A stretch of 64,000 bases of DNA from NCBI GenBank assembly GCA_963663805.2, contig CAXXMR010000020.1:96001-160000 (forward strand). The letters run 5' to 3'. The notes below the pieces were generated by a model. That model saw only the letters and a program-made list of their open reading frames with translations. It did not search any database and was not told the DNA's origin. Shown here one piece after another: positions 50,524 through 61,472 of the stretch (positions within the stretch are counted from its first letter, which is position 1; each line of letters begins with the position of its first letter). Origin of the DNA: Sedimentisphaerales bacterium. GTDB taxonomy: Bacteria; Planctomycetota; Phycisphaerae; Sedimentisphaerales; SM23-30. The translations under genes were made by a program, and so were the position numbers.

Positions 50524-51705
50524 ATGGCTGAAATTCCGAAAGTTCTGGTTCTGATAGAGTCGTCGCGGGGGCACGGACGAGCGTTATTGCGAGGTATTGC
50601 CAAATATATTCGGCTGCATCAGTCGTGGATAGTGCATCCGGAGTTGTTTGTTCATTTTTATGTGGATGATTCGAGTGGGAAGTACCTTGATCCGGGGCGG
50701 ATGCTGCAAGGTGAGCAGGTGAACGGGGTGATAACCCGCAATCTGAAAAAGGCCCAGGGTTATATTGACAAAGGTATTCCGGTGATAGTAGCGATTCATC
50801 TGCCGAAGATGGATGAGAGGCTGTCGCGGATAGTTATGGAGCATGAGAAAATTGGCGAGGTGGGGGCGGAGTTTTTTCTGGAGCAGGGTTTTAAGAATTT
50901 CGCTTTTTGCGGTTTTAAGAATATGTACTGGTCAAAGGACCGTTTTCGAGGTTTTGAGCGTCGGGTGAATGAGGCGGGCTATGAAGTACAGTTGTTTGAT
51001 ATGACTAACAGGCGAAGTTCTGATTTGAAATATAAGGGTGAGCGGCCGATAGAGAAGTGGCTCTTGTCGTTGCCGAAGCCGACGGGTTTGATGGCGGTCA
51101 ATGACGACAGGGGTCAGTTTGTGGTTTCGTCTTGCAAGCGGCTGGGTCTTTGTGTGCCGGAAGAAATCGCGGTGGTGGGGGTTGATAATGATGATATTGT
51201 TTGTGATTTGTGTTCGCCGTCGTTGTCGAGTGTGGATTTGAATACTTCACTGGCGGGCTATGAAGCGGCGGCGTTGCTGGACCGTTTGATGAACGGTGAG
51301 GAGATGGCCGGCCAGACGATAAAGATTTCGCCGACGCGGGTAGTAAAGCGTCGTTCGACTGATATTATCGCGGTTGAAGATGAAGATGTTTCGCAGGCGG
51401 TGAATTATATACGTCAGAATATCCGGCGGCCGATTCAGGTTCAGGATGTGGCGGATGCGATTGGATTGGGGCGGCGAACTCTGGAGCGTCGTTTTGATTT
51501 ACACTTAAAATGTTCGGTGAATAAGGAGATTCAGCGGATGCGCACCGACCATATTGCGGCGTTGCTTTGTGAGACGAATATTTCGATTGGGCAGATTGTT
51601 GACGAGATGAAATTTTCGAGTATTAACCATATAGCCAGATATTTCAAGCAAGAGAAAGGAATGAGTTTAGTTGAGTATCGTCAGAAAAACAGTATACTCC
51701 TCTAG
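50524..51705 (+). CDS. XylR-type regulator (periplasmic-binding-like domain + AraC HTH)
   Basis: LPKPTG....ND.RG, VPEE.AVVGVDND, LSSV, RTLERRF. Confidence 0.92.
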   Translation: MAEIPKVLVLIESSRGHGRALLRGIAKYIRLHQSWIVHPELFVHFYVDDSSGKYLDPGRMLQGEQVNGVITRNLKKAQGYIDKGIPVIVAIHLPKMDERLSRIVMEHEKIGEVGAEFFLEQGFKNFAFCGFKNMYWSKDRFRGFERRVNEAGYEVQLFDMTNRRSSDLKYKGERPIEKWLLSLPKPTGLMAVNDDRGQFVVSSCKRLGLCVPEEIAVVGVDNDDIVCDLCSPSLSSVDLNTSLAGYEAAALLDRLMNGEEMAGQTIKISPTRVVKRRSTDIIAVEDEDVSQAVNYIRQNIRRPIQVQDVADAIGLGRRTLERRFDLHLKCSVNKEIQRMRTDHIAALLCETNISIGQIVDEMKFSSINHIARYFKQEKGMSLVEYRQKNSILL

Positions 51706-51730
51706 CCGGCAGTTCAGCGGTCAGCAGAAG

Positions 51731-54430
51731 GTGGTATCTAAGAAGAAGTTGTGTTTTGTGCTTAGTACCCACTGGGACCGTGAGTGGCATCAGACCTTTC
51801 AGGGTTTTCGTTATTCACTGGTTGAACTGCTGGATAATGTTCTGGGTGGTTATGAATCGGGTGAATTGCGGGGGCCTTTTCAGACGGACGGGCAGGCGGT
51901 GGTTATCGAAGATTATCTGGATATTCGTAAAGGTAAACGTGACGAGCTGTCGTTGCGGGCCCAGTCGGGCGATCTGGTGATCGGTCCGTGGTATGTTATG
52001 CCGGATGAGTTTCTGGTGTCGGGTGAGGCGATGGTTCGCAATCTGGAAATGGGACGGCGAGTTTGTGAAGGGCTGGGTGTTGAGCCTTCACGGAGCGGTT
52101 ATGTTTGCGATATTTTTGGGCATTGCAGCCAGTTGCCGCAGATATTTCAGTTGAGCGGAGTGGAGTTTGGCTTTCTGTGGCGGGGTTTGGCTCAGAAGGA
52201 TAATACCGAGCTGATCTGGGTCGGCTCTGATGGTACGGATCTGCCGTGCTATGTTTTTGTGGAGCGTGGTTACGGCGATTACGCGTTTGAGATTCGGCAG
52301 GTTAATATGCACAAGTACTGGGATTATTCCGAGACGACCGGGCGAATCAGAGAATACGCTGAGAAGAAGGCTAACCTTTCGCAGACGGACGCGGTGCTGT
52401 TGCTGGATGGCTGTGACCATCAGCACTGGGACCGAGAAGCGTATAAAGCGTTTTGCAAGCTGATGGAAGATAAAACGGCGGAGTTTGATTATGTGCATAC
52501 TTCGCTGGATGGTTACGCGGCGATGGTGCTGGAGCAGAAGGATAAAATAACGTCACGTGTGGAAGGTGAACTGCGTGTGCCGGGTATTCATTCGGAGGAA
52601 ATCACGCGTTGGCTGCTGGTGAATGTTTTGTCCAGCCATGTTAAGATCAAGCAGCGGAACTGCCACAGCCAGAATCTGCTTTGTCATCAGGCCGAGCCAC
52701 TGGCGTTGATGGGACATAAAATGCTGGGGTGTGAGGCCCCGAACGATTATCTGGAGTTGGCGTGGAAGTATCTGCTGAAGAATCAGGCTCACGATTCTAT
52801 CTGCGGGTGTAGTATCGACAGGGTACATCGGGATATGATGTATCGGTCGGATCAGTGTGATGATATTGGTGAAAAGCTGGTTGAGGAGAATCTCAAGCGG
52901 CTGGCGTGTTCGTCTCAGCAGGAGATTGGTCCCAATGAACAGCGGGTGGCGGTGTATAATCCTTTGGCCCGGCCGGTGAAAAAGGTTGTGGAAATGCGGT
53001 TTGATGTGCCGGTTGATTGGCCGAGCTATCTGGAGTATCGCAAATTTGAAAAGCGGCCGATTTTTCATGTCTATGACGACAGGGGTAATATGGTTGACTG
53101 CCAGCAGATTCGTTATGCACCGGCTGAGTCGCGGGTGCGGCTGCGGCAGGAGAAGATACCGGAAAAATATGAGGTGTTCCCGGTTTTTGCGGCGGTGGAA
53201 CTTGATTTGCCGGCTTTGGGCTATACGACATTGACGCTACGGCCGGGCCGGGAAAGTGAATATGTTCGCGGCAGGACGGCAGGGGGGCTGGCTGTTTCGT
53301 CGTGTGCTATGGCGAATGAATATTTGGCGGTAGAGATTCAGGATAACGGCAGTGTTTCGATTACCGATAAGCGCTCAGGTCGGCGGTTTGATAATCTTCT
53401 GGTGTTTGAGGATAACGCTGATTTGGGGGACGGTTGGGACCATTATGAACCGTTGAACAGTATGACATATAGCAGTACGGCAGGGCGGGTGGATGTGGCT
53501 TTGGTTTATGATGGTCCGCTGGCGAGTTCGTTTCTGGTGCGGAATTATCTTAATCTGCCAGTTGAATATGACCGGGTTAATAATTGCCGGTCGCGGGTAC
53601 GGCGGGAACTGGTAATCGAAAACACCATTACGCTGCGTTCCGGGGCGAAGTGGGTTGATGTTGAGACGAAATTTGTGAATGACATCAAGGACCATCGCTT
53701 GCGGGTCAGCTTTGATAGCGGCGGTGATGTTGAGAGTTTTTATACCGATACGCCGTTTGACGTGGTGGAACGGCAGATCAAGCTGCCGAAAAATAATCAT
53801 GAATTGCGTGAGGTGTATCTGAATACGGTTCCGCAGCAGAGCTGGACGGCGATTTATGATGATAAGCAGTCGGCAGGTCTGGCGATTGTCGCGGATGGTA
53901 TTCTGGAGACGGCGGTGCGTGATTTGCCAGCTCGACCGGTGAGCCTGACCTTGCTGCGGGCATTTGAGCGGCTGGTGTTTGACCAGAAGGGCGTTGACAG
54001 TCAGATGCCGGGTGAGCAGCGGTTTAATTATCGTATTGTGCCGCTGGCGAAACGTGTTGATTTTGCGGCCCTGGCGGATTTGGCACTTGATCTGGCCAAC
54101 GGCAATGCCGTGGTTCAGGTTGACTATGCCGATATGCGGAAGTATCGGGTCGGTGAAAGTCTGGCTGGTCGGGATAGTTTTTGTGAGGTTTTGGGCCAGG
54201 CGGTGGTTAGTGCCCTGCGTTCGGTGGGGGATAAGTGGCAGTTGAGGCTGTTCAATCCATCTGACAGTACGATCGAGGTTAAGGTCAAACTGCATGAGAA
54301 GCTTGGCGCGGGGCGGCTGGCTCTGGTGGATTTGAAGGGAGATATTTTGGAAAATGTTTCCTGCGATGCTGAAGGTTTGGTCAAAGTGTCGATGGCGGCC
54401 AAGAAAATTGTTACTGTGCAGGGAGGATAA
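51731..54430 (+). CDS. GH38 alpha-mannosidase-like glycoside hydrolase
   Basis: THWDREW, DGQ, GPWY..PDE, D.FGH..Q.PQ, HDSICGCS.D.VH; start uncertain. Confidence 0.92.
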   Translation: MVSKKKLCFVLSTHWDREWHQTFQGFRYSLVELLDNVLGGYESGELRGPFQTDGQAVVIEDYLDIRKGKRDELSLRAQSGDLVIGPWYVMPDEFLVSGEAMVRNLEMGRRVCEGLGVEPSRSGYVCDIFGHCSQLPQIFQLSGVEFGFLWRGLAQKDNTELIWVGSDGTDLPCYVFVERGYGDYAFEIRQVNMHKYWDYSETTGRIREYAEKKANLSQTDAVLLLDGCDHQHWDREAYKAFCKLMEDKTAEFDYVHTSLDGYAAMVLEQKDKITSRVEGELRVPGIHSEEITRWLLVNVLSSHVKIKQRNCHSQNLLCHQAEPLALMGHKMLGCEAPNDYLELAWKYLLKNQAHDSICGCSIDRVHRDMMYRSDQCDDIGEKLVEENLKRLACSSQQEIGPNEQRVAVYNPLARPVKKVVEMRFDVPVDWPSYLEYRKFEKRPIFHVYDDRGNMVDCQQIRYAPAESRVRLRQEKIPEKYEVFPVFAAVELDLPALGYTTLTLRPGRESEYVRGRTAGGLAVSSCAMANEYLAVEIQDNGSVSITDKRSGRRFDNLLVFEDNADLGDGWDHYEPLNSMTYSSTAGRVDVALVYDGPLASSFLVRNYLNLPVEYDRVNNCRSRVRRELVIENTITLRSGAKWVDVETKFVNDIKDHRLRVSFDSGGDVESFYTDTPFDVVERQIKLPKNNHELREVYLNTVPQQSWTAIYDDKQSAGLAIVADGILETAVRDLPARPVSLTLLRAFERLVFDQKGVDSQMPGEQRFNYRIVPLAKRVDFAALADLALDLANGNAVVQVDYADMRKYRVGESLAGRDSFCEVLGQAVVSALRSVGDKWQLRLFNPSDSTIEVKVKLHEKLGAGRLALVDLKGDILENVSCDAEGLVKVSMAAKKIVTVQGG

Positions 54431-54433
54431 ATA

Positions 54434-55972
54434 TTGTCGATCAGCGGCCTGGATATAGTAGTATTAGCGGCGTATTTTATTATAGTTTTGTTGGCCGGGG
54501 TGTACTTTTCGCGTAAGAACACCTCTACCGAAGAATATTTCGTAGGCGGTCGTTCGTTTGGCGGACTGGTGATCGGTTTGAGTCTGGTGGGTACGTCGAT
54601 TTCGTCGATAACGTTTATCGCTTTTCCGGCTGACGCGTTCAAGACCACATGGATACGGTATATCACGGCTTTTATGATGCCGCTGGCGGTTTGGATTGCT
54701 TCACGATATTTCCTGCCGTTTTTTCGCAAGGAGAAGATCACTTCGGCATATGAATTTCTGGAAGGGAGGTTTGGTCCTTCGATACGCCTGTACACGGCAT
54801 TGGTGTTTCTGATAGCACAATTGGTACGAATCGCGATAATACTTTTTTTGCTGTCGCTGATCGTTCAGGAGATCACCGGGCTGCACCCGATATGGTGCGT
54901 GCTCATTGGCGGGGTGTTTGTCAGTATTTACACGATCATCGGCGGGATTGACGCGGTGGTCTGGACCGATGTAATGCAGACGGCAATTCTGGTATTTGGC
55001 GGGATAATATGTCTGGCGGTAATTGTCGATAAGATACCGGGCGGGCTGAGCGAGATTATTGACAAGGCTATCGAGTTTAAAAAGCTGTCTTTTCATGAAT
55101 TGCGGGACGGCGAACTGGTGCCGCTGGCGCTGGGTGTCTCGTTGAAAGAAAAAGCCATATCGATGATGCTGATATTGGGACTTACCGCGTGGATGACCAA
55201 CTACTGCAATGATCAAAATATTGTGCAGCGTTATTGTGCGGCTCGTAGTATGAAAGAGGCCCGCAAGGCGATGTGGATAAGCGTGGCATGTTCACTGCCG
55301 ATATGGGCGTTTTACATGTTTTTGGGGACGGCACTGTTTGTTTTCTATCAATATTATCCGGCGGACGCGGCGACGGAAATTCTGGAAGGCACACGCAAAG
55401 CTGAACAGATATTACCTTATTTTATAATTCATAATCTGCCGCCCGGTATTCTGGGGCTGGTGCTTTCGGCTGCTTTAGCGGCGGCGATGTCGTCGCTGGA
55501 CTCGAATATCAATTCGATTTCGACAGTGTTTGTGGTGGATATTTATCGGCGGCATTTGCGCAAGGGGCTTGAGGACCGGCATTATCTGCGGGTGGCGTGG
55601 GCGGCGGCGACGGTGGCATCGGTGTTTATGATCGGCGGGGCGATTGTGCTGCTTTATGCCGAGACCAAAACGCTTCAGGATACCGCGAATATTCTGGTGT
55701 CGATTCTCGGCGGCGGGATGCTGGGCATTTATATGATGGGGTTCTTTACGAAGATCGGCGATGCGCGGGCTGTATGGGTGGGGATTGTGATTACGATTAT
55801 TTTTACGGTATGGACGGTTCTGTGCAGTAAGAATTTGCTGCCGGAAGAGATTCACGCCCCGTTTGAGCTTTATTATACGGGGCTGGTGGGGAATGTATTG
55901 CTGTTTGTGGTGACATTTTGTGTGGCGTCATTTTGGGCTAAAGGGAAACAAAAACTAAATTCGGGAGTTTGA
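54434..55972 (+). CDS. Sodium:solute symporter
   Basis: YF.GGR, SSITF, SAYEFLE.RF, AVVWTD..Q, AAAMSSLDS..NS. Confidence 0.93.
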   Translation: MSISGLDIVVLAAYFIIVLLAGVYFSRKNTSTEEYFVGGRSFGGLVIGLSLVGTSISSITFIAFPADAFKTTWIRYITAFMMPLAVWIASRYFLPFFRKEKITSAYEFLEGRFGPSIRLYTALVFLIAQLVRIAIILFLLSLIVQEITGLHPIWCVLIGGVFVSIYTIIGGIDAVVWTDVMQTAILVFGGIICLAVIVDKIPGGLSEIIDKAIEFKKLSFHELRDGELVPLALGVSLKEKAISMMLILGLTAWMTNYCNDQNIVQRYCAARSMKEARKAMWISVACSLPIWAFYMFLGTALFVFYQYYPADAATEILEGTRKAEQILPYFIIHNLPPGILGLVLSAALAAAMSSLDSNINSISTVFVVDIYRRHLRKGLEDRHYLRVAWAAATVASVFMIGGAIVLLYAETKTLQDTANILVSILGGGMLGIYMMGFFTKIGDARAVWVGIVITIIFTVWTVLCSKNLLPEEIHAPFELYYTGLVGNVLLFVVTFCVASFWAKGKQKLNSGV

Positions 55973-55973
55973 G

Positions 55974-58535
55974 ATGCCGGGAAAAACTATTCAGGGACTG
56001 GTACTGACAATTTTACTCATTAGTGGTTCGCTTTGGGCTGGTGCGGGCCAGACGCTCATGATAGGTGATATTGGCCCGATGTCACCGCCGGAGATATGGA
56101 ATACGCCGTTGGGTTCGGCGTATGTAACCGGTGGTGACCGGCCGGACTTTTTTGTTTATTTTAAGGATGAGAAAACCAAGCGGTACGAGGTCTATTTGTA
56201 TCCGTATCTTCGGACTGGTGCTAAGGGTGAGCCGGTTTTTGGTAAGGAAATTGTTTGTCGGCATGATTACGACAAGAACTATGTGCCGAAATATCTGATT
56301 GAGGAAGACGGCAGGATTATCTGTCTTTGGCGAAACGAAAAGATAATATCCATTTCGGAATATCAGCTTAGCGAACATTGTTTTGTCGAAAAGGGTTCAA
56401 TGACTACCGACTCTTTGCCGGGCGGGTCTTTGTCTCCGATGTCATTCATGGCAAATCCTGACGGGACAATAGAACTCATTCTCGCGCTGGTTAAGGGTTC
56501 GTATATGGGTGAGCAGGGCAAACGGCTCCATACGCGCAGTGCGTTTTTTGATCCGTTTGACGGCGCTGGTGTCTGGCGGGGGGAAATGATGACCGCGACT
56601 TTGTATGGGATGACGATAGACGGCTTTGGTGAAACAGCATCGGGTCAATTTCAGATGATCTCCGCAGAGCCGGACGAAGTGCGTTTGAGTTTGGCCCGAA
56701 AGGTTGTACCTGTCAATTTGGGGCCTGGGCATGAACGTGATATTGTCGGCGGCGGTCAGTTTGGCAACATCCATTATTATCATAACACCGCTGCCGAAGG
56801 GGTTAAACTGGACCGGGTACGTTGTCTGGCGGGACGGGATGGGATTATTCTGCGGCATCCGACCATCGATCCTTCGCCTGCTGTTTACAGTCAAAGTCGG
56901 GGCGGGCTTTCGGATTTGATTTGTTCGGGCGAAGGTTGGCATTATTATTATCGCTTTACGGGTGATTTTACCGCTGAGGGAACTCCGGTTTATAATGATC
57001 CGGTGCCGGTTTTGCAGGTTCAGCCCAAGTTAAATCTGAGTTCGCTGCCGGTGGTAAATGTGGTGGACTGGAACGGTGACTCGCTTCTTGATATCGTTTC
57101 GGGTAATTCGCCGGGCGAGGTGTTGGTCGCGTATAACACGGGCACAAAGGAAAAACCAGCTTTTGCCATGCCGACTCCGCTTAAAGATGAACTAGGCCAA
57201 CTGCTTTGTGTCCGGCCCGGATATCGTGGTTCGGTGCAGGGCCCGCTGGAAGCTCGCTGGGGATATTCATGCCCCGCGGTCGCTGATTGGAACAGTGACG
57301 GTTTAGTGGATGTGATTCTGAGCGGCAGCACAGCTGAGTATAAGGTGTTTATCAACAAAGGCACCGTCGCTGAGCCGGTATTAAAACCGGGCAATTCAAT
57401 TTATCTTGATGGTCTGGAGTTGCACGGCACGTGGCGAACCCGGCCGGCGATTGGTGACTTGGGCGGCCGGATGGCCTTGATTACGTTGGACGATGACGAT
57501 GAGTTCCACCTTTACCGGCGAATCGATGATCACAATGTAGAGGACGGCGGCAAGCTCACTCTGGAAAACGGCAAACCTATCGAGGCGAATTTCCGTTATG
57601 CCGGCGGTACCGGGCGTTTGAAGCTGCATCTGGGCGATTGGGACAGTGACGGCCGCCAGGATTTACTTGTGGGGACCATGGTGGAAAGTTGTGTACCCGA
57701 TTTGAAAACCGGATTGCCAGCCCGACTGGGCAGGATTGGCGCGGTTATCTTACTTTTACGAAATGTCGGAACCGACACCGAACCCAAATATCACACTCCC
57801 GAAACTTTGCATTATAAAGGCACGCCGGTTTTTTTGGGGATTCATTCCTGTTCGCCGGTATTCGCGGATTTGAATGGTGACGGCTTGCTTGATATTGTTT
57901 CAGGCGAAGAAACCGGCAATGTGGTTTTCTTCGACCGCAATGATGTGGAGTTCAAGCTGTTGTCGCCGGATATGATACCGGTTTTGAATAACAGATGGGT
58001 GGATGGCTCAACGTTGACGAACTGGCATGACAAACGCAACTGGTGGTTTGGCGTGCCCGCCGAAGGAGAATACGCTTTTGTGCAGCGTACCGAGTTGGCG
58101 GAGATATACGCGAATGACGCGGTTTGTACTAGGCTTTTTGTTTGTGATAACACGGTGCTCAAGGTTAGGGACGGCAGGCGGGTTCAGGTTGGTGATATGT
58201 TGGCGGTGGGGCTTTATGATAAGCACGACGCGAAACTGATAATCGAAGACGGCGAGGTTAATGTCGCCGGAAACATGATAGTCGGCAAGAGGGTCGGTTC
58301 TCTCGGTGAGGTTGTGATAAATAATGGTACCGTCACCGCTGGCGGATTGCTGTTTGGCCCGGAAGGGGGCAGCGGCAGGATAACCATCCATAGAAATGGT
58401 AAACTGATTTTGACCGGCAATTGCCTGAGTACAATCGAAAAAATTAAAGACAATATACATGCTGCGGACGGTCTCTTAGGTATTGATATTCAACACAATG
58501 AGTCCGACAATCAGACGGTAGTGACCGCGTATTAA
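55974..58535 (+). CDS. Secreted FG-GAP/VCBS repeat protein with C-terminal beta-rich repeat
   Basis: DWNGD.LLD, DW.SDG..DL, DLNGDGLLD. Confidence 0.8.
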   Translation: MPGKTIQGLVLTILLISGSLWAGAGQTLMIGDIGPMSPPEIWNTPLGSAYVTGGDRPDFFVYFKDEKTKRYEVYLYPYLRTGAKGEPVFGKEIVCRHDYDKNYVPKYLIEEDGRIICLWRNEKIISISEYQLSEHCFVEKGSMTTDSLPGGSLSPMSFMANPDGTIELILALVKGSYMGEQGKRLHTRSAFFDPFDGAGVWRGEMMTATLYGMTIDGFGETASGQFQMISAEPDEVRLSLARKVVPVNLGPGHERDIVGGGQFGNIHYYHNTAAEGVKLDRVRCLAGRDGIILRHPTIDPSPAVYSQSRGGLSDLICSGEGWHYYYRFTGDFTAEGTPVYNDPVPVLQVQPKLNLSSLPVVNVVDWNGDSLLDIVSGNSPGEVLVAYNTGTKEKPAFAMPTPLKDELGQLLCVRPGYRGSVQGPLEARWGYSCPAVADWNSDGLVDVILSGSTAEYKVFINKGTVAEPVLKPGNSIYLDGLELHGTWRTRPAIGDLGGRMALITLDDDDEFHLYRRIDDHNVEDGGKLTLENGKPIEANFRYAGGTGRLKLHLGDWDSDGRQDLLVGTMVESCVPDLKTGLPARLGRIGAVILLLRNVGTDTEPKYHTPETLHYKGTPVFLGIHSCSPVFADLNGDGLLDIVSGEETGNVVFFDRNDVEFKLLSPDMIPVLNNRWVDGSTLTNWHDKRNWWFGVPAEGEYAFVQRTELAEIYANDAVCTRLFVCDNTVLKVRDGRRVQVGDMLAVGLYDKHDAKLIIEDGEVNVAGNMIVGKRVGSLGEVVINNGTVTAGGLLFGPEGGSGRITIHRNGKLILTGNCLSTIEKIKDNIHAADGLLGIDIQHNESDNQTVVTAY

Positions 58536-58630
58536 TCTCTTGCAAGTTACATCTTACGCAAAATGGCAACAATTCCCCAGAACCGCGTATATAAAAAATT
58601 AGTTGCCGTTAAAATCCGCGTAATCCGCGG

Positions 58631-60115
58631 TTAAACAACCGCTTCGTTGATTTGTTCCGGGTCTATAATGGCTTTGTTCTTGTTTAGTTCCCGGCGGAGG
58701 AGTTTGGTATCAACTTCTTTATAAGCGATATTATTTTTGACAACTTGTGAAGAGGCGATGCCGGCGGCCTGGCCCATGGCGAAGCAGGGGGCCATTACCC
58801 GCAACGGGCCGAGCAGTTCGCGTTCCACGCTTACCATGCGTCCCGGGCAAATCAGGTTCTGGATTTTGGTTGGGACCATTATGCTGTAGGGGATAGGTGT
58901 TATTCTGCGAGCGTCTTTGCCGTATTGCGGGTTTTTTGGAGGTCTGGTTGAGTTGGGCAGGTCCCATCCGTATGCGGAGAAACCGACGATGTCGTCATAT
59001 TCGCGTCCGTCAAACAAATCCTGAATCATGAGTGTAGTCTCGCCCTTGATTCTTCTTGTTTCTCGTACGCCCAGCAGGGGGGCAACGCTTTTCAGTCGGG
59101 CGTTTTCAAAACCGGGTACCAACTTACGCAGGCCGTCGATGAGGTCCAGGGTTTCTTTTCGGCCTTTAACCATGGCCTGGGTAACTGACTCACCATCGGT
59201 TCCGTCAGGTCCGTAAATGCGGGAGGTGTTGACCATCATAACCCCTTTTTCGGTTAGCTGTACCGTGAGCAACCAGGGGATTGGATTAGGCCATTTACCT
59301 TCTTTGGCAAGTTCGCCGGCGGTTTTGCGAAAGCGTGGATCATCTTTTTCGAGGATATAATCAGCGAGCGCGTCCTGATTGACATTATCGACGTGGAACT
59401 CAAGAGTGACGTCGGCCATTACGCCGTCTTCCGCGCGGCCCTTGACGTAATCGCATCCGCTTCGAGCGGCGATGTCTCCGTCGCCGGTCGCGTCAATGAC
59501 GGCACGGGCGGGGATGGCCATAATACCGCTTTTGTTATAAGCGATGATATGAGTTATGATATTATCTTTGGTTTTAACATCTATTACGGGAGTGAAATAA
59601 AGGAAGTCGATACCCTCGGCGGCGAATTTTTCGTCCAGCATAGAGGCCATTCGATAAGGTTCTATGGGGATGCCGGCGGCTAACTGTCCCTTAAACCAGC
59701 CGTGGGGCTGATACTTTTGGGTTAGGTCTGGTTTGGCGATGAGAGCTGCTTGTTTTTCATGTCCCTCATAACATAGTTCGCGGAAGATGCCGCCTACGAC
59801 CCAATGTTCGCAGTCGCTTTGGCGTCCGCCGAGCCAGTGGGAGACCAGGCCGGAAGTGCTCATGCCGCCCAGTTGGCCTTGTCCTTCCAGGACGATGGCT
59901 TTCAGTCCCGCCCGCCGTGCTGCCAGGGCCGCACCGATGCCCGAAGGCCCGCCGCCGCAGATAACGACATCGTAGGGTTGAGTTTCAGGGAGTTCCTTGC
60001 TGAATAGGAAACCTTGTTGGGTGGTACTGATTTCACCCTGAGCTATTGCGGACGAAGCGAGAATCGCTCCCGCGGCAGTACCGAGGAACTTCCGGCGATT
60101 GCGGCTGAATGTCAT
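58631..60115 (-). CDS. FAD-dependent oxidoreductase with Tat signal
   Basis: NRRKFLG; YDVVICGGG.SG, LGG..T.GLV, IDATGDGD, RETRRI.G. Confidence 0.9.
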   Translation of the reverse strand: MTFSRNRRKFLGTAAGAILASSAIAQGEISTTQQGFLFSKELPETQPYDVVICGGGPSGIGAALAARRAGLKAIVLEGQGQLGGMSTSGLVSHWLGGRQSDCEHWVVGGIFRELCYEGHEKQAALIAKPDLTQKYQPHGWFKGQLAAGIPIEPYRMASMLDEKFAAEGIDFLYFTPVIDVKTKDNIITHIIAYNKSGIMAIPARAVIDATGDGDIAARSGCDYVKGRAEDGVMADVTLEFHVDNVNQDALADYILEKDDPRFRKTAGELAKEGKWPNPIPWLLTVQLTEKGVMMVNTSRIYGPDGTDGESVTQAMVKGRKETLDLIDGLRKLVPGFENARLKSVAPLLGVRETRRIKGETTLMIQDLFDGREYDDIVGFSAYGWDLPNSTRPPKNPQYGKDARRITPIPYSIMVPTKIQNLICPGRMVSVERELLGPLRVMAPCFAMGQAAGIASSQVVKNNIAYKEVDTKLLRRELNKNKAIIDPEQINEAVV

Positions 60116-60163
60116 TTCTATGCCCTTTCAAAAGTAACCATAATGTCGATTGTGCATCATACA

Positions 60164-61144
60164 CTATGGTTGATTTTGAGTCATCTTTTTTCTTGAGGGC
60201 ACAACTTCATTACAAGCTGGCTTGGCGATTGATTCGGTCGCTCGATTTTTAAGCCACTGGCAATATCTGTTGTAGAGATTATGGGCGGCGGGGTAGATGG
60301 AGTTGGGGCTCATGAAATGTGAAAATTCAAAAGTGATGAGTTTGTCAACGCCGGTGTCATTGGCTGCCATGATTTTATGATACAGTGCTGGCCAGTTTAT
60401 CGGGGGGAAGCGAATGGGCATGTCGCGGTCGAATGTTTCGATGTTAGTCCAGCAGGTGAGGTTGTGTTTTTGGGCGAGGCGGGAATTGACCGCGAGGTAA
60501 TCTTTGAGTTCAAGATAGTCAACAGTTCCATCTTGAAAAGCGACGATATCGACGCAATCCTGAATTTCCGCGAAGACCCTGTCCCATGATTTTTCGTGTT
60601 CGGCGAGCGTGATGGGATTTTCGGCGAATTGTTTTTTGCCGTGGATATAAGGCGAGATAAGGATTGGCAAATCTTTGAGGTTTTTGAGATGGCTGCCGAG
60701 CTGTCGGTAGACTTTCATTACTTCGGGATTGTAGGTATCGATTTCGTGGCTGATGTACCATCCTTTGAAGGCGTTTATGTGGCCGTATTTGTCGAAAGCT
60801 TCTTCGGTGAAGGCTTTGTTGATATCGACTTCTTTTTGATAATCGCCCTTCATCCAGTAGTTGCCGCTGTCGTAGGTTCCGAAGAAGAGATTCATTTCGC
60901 AGCGTTCGGCCTGTTCGAGAAATAAATTGAGCAGGTCGAGGGGGACCGCCATCAGTCCAACTTGTTTTTTGAGAACGTTGGACTCGAAGGTGGCGTTGTT
61001 TCGGTAGCCGTTGCGGATAATTATTACGGTGTCGATGCCGATGCTTTTCATGGCATCAAAGTCGGCGGCCCATTCTTTTTCGGCCCAGTTGGCAGAGGGG
61101 ATGTCGTGGGTGACTTCGTCTAAAAAGGTTCCGGTAATTTTCAT
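60164..61144 (-). CDS. DUF4434-like putative glycoside hydrolase
   Basis: ITGTFLDE..HDIP..NW...W..DF..M, GWYISHE, AFQDG. Confidence 0.75.
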   Translation of the reverse strand: MKITGTFLDEVTHDIPSANWAEKEWAADFDAMKSIGIDTVIIIRNGYRNNATFESNVLKKQVGLMAVPLDLLNLFLEQAERCEMNLFFGTYDSGNYWMKGDYQKEVDINKAFTEEAFDKYGHINAFKGWYISHEIDTYNPEVMKVYRQLGSHLKNLKDLPILISPYIHGKKQFAENPITLAEHEKSWDRVFAEIQDCVDIVAFQDGTVDYLELKDYLAVNSRLAQKHNLTCWTNIETFDRDMPIRFPPINWPALYHKIMAANDTGVDKLITFEFSHFMSPNSIYPAAHNLYNRYCQWLKNRATESIAKPACNEVVPSRKKMTQNQP

Positions 61145-61420
61145 GTTTTCTGTCTTTCTGGCTGATACTTATCTTAGGGGGAGAGCCCTTGAGCTCTTCG
61201 ACAATACAACTACATAAATAGCGGATAGGGCGGGTAATCACAAGGGAATTTTTATTTGGGCGGGGTTGAATGTTTATACCGAGGAGCATTAATAATATTA
61301 GTGGCCGGGTTGGGTGAGTGTAACTGTTTTGGCAGGGAGAGATTGTCTGGATGGGGTGCGTTTGGCCGGTTAAAAGGTAAACGATTGCGGTGTGCTATTT
61401 TTACTTTACATTACCAAACA

Positions 61421-61450
61421 AAAAACCCCGCGAATGAATCACGGGGTTTA
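61421..61450 (-). terminator. Rho-independent terminator of nfnAB
   Basis: AAACCCCG...CGGGGTTT hairpin with an A run on the + strand. Confidence 0.7.
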
Positions 61451-61472
61451 CTATGATTGTGCTCTGTTGTGC

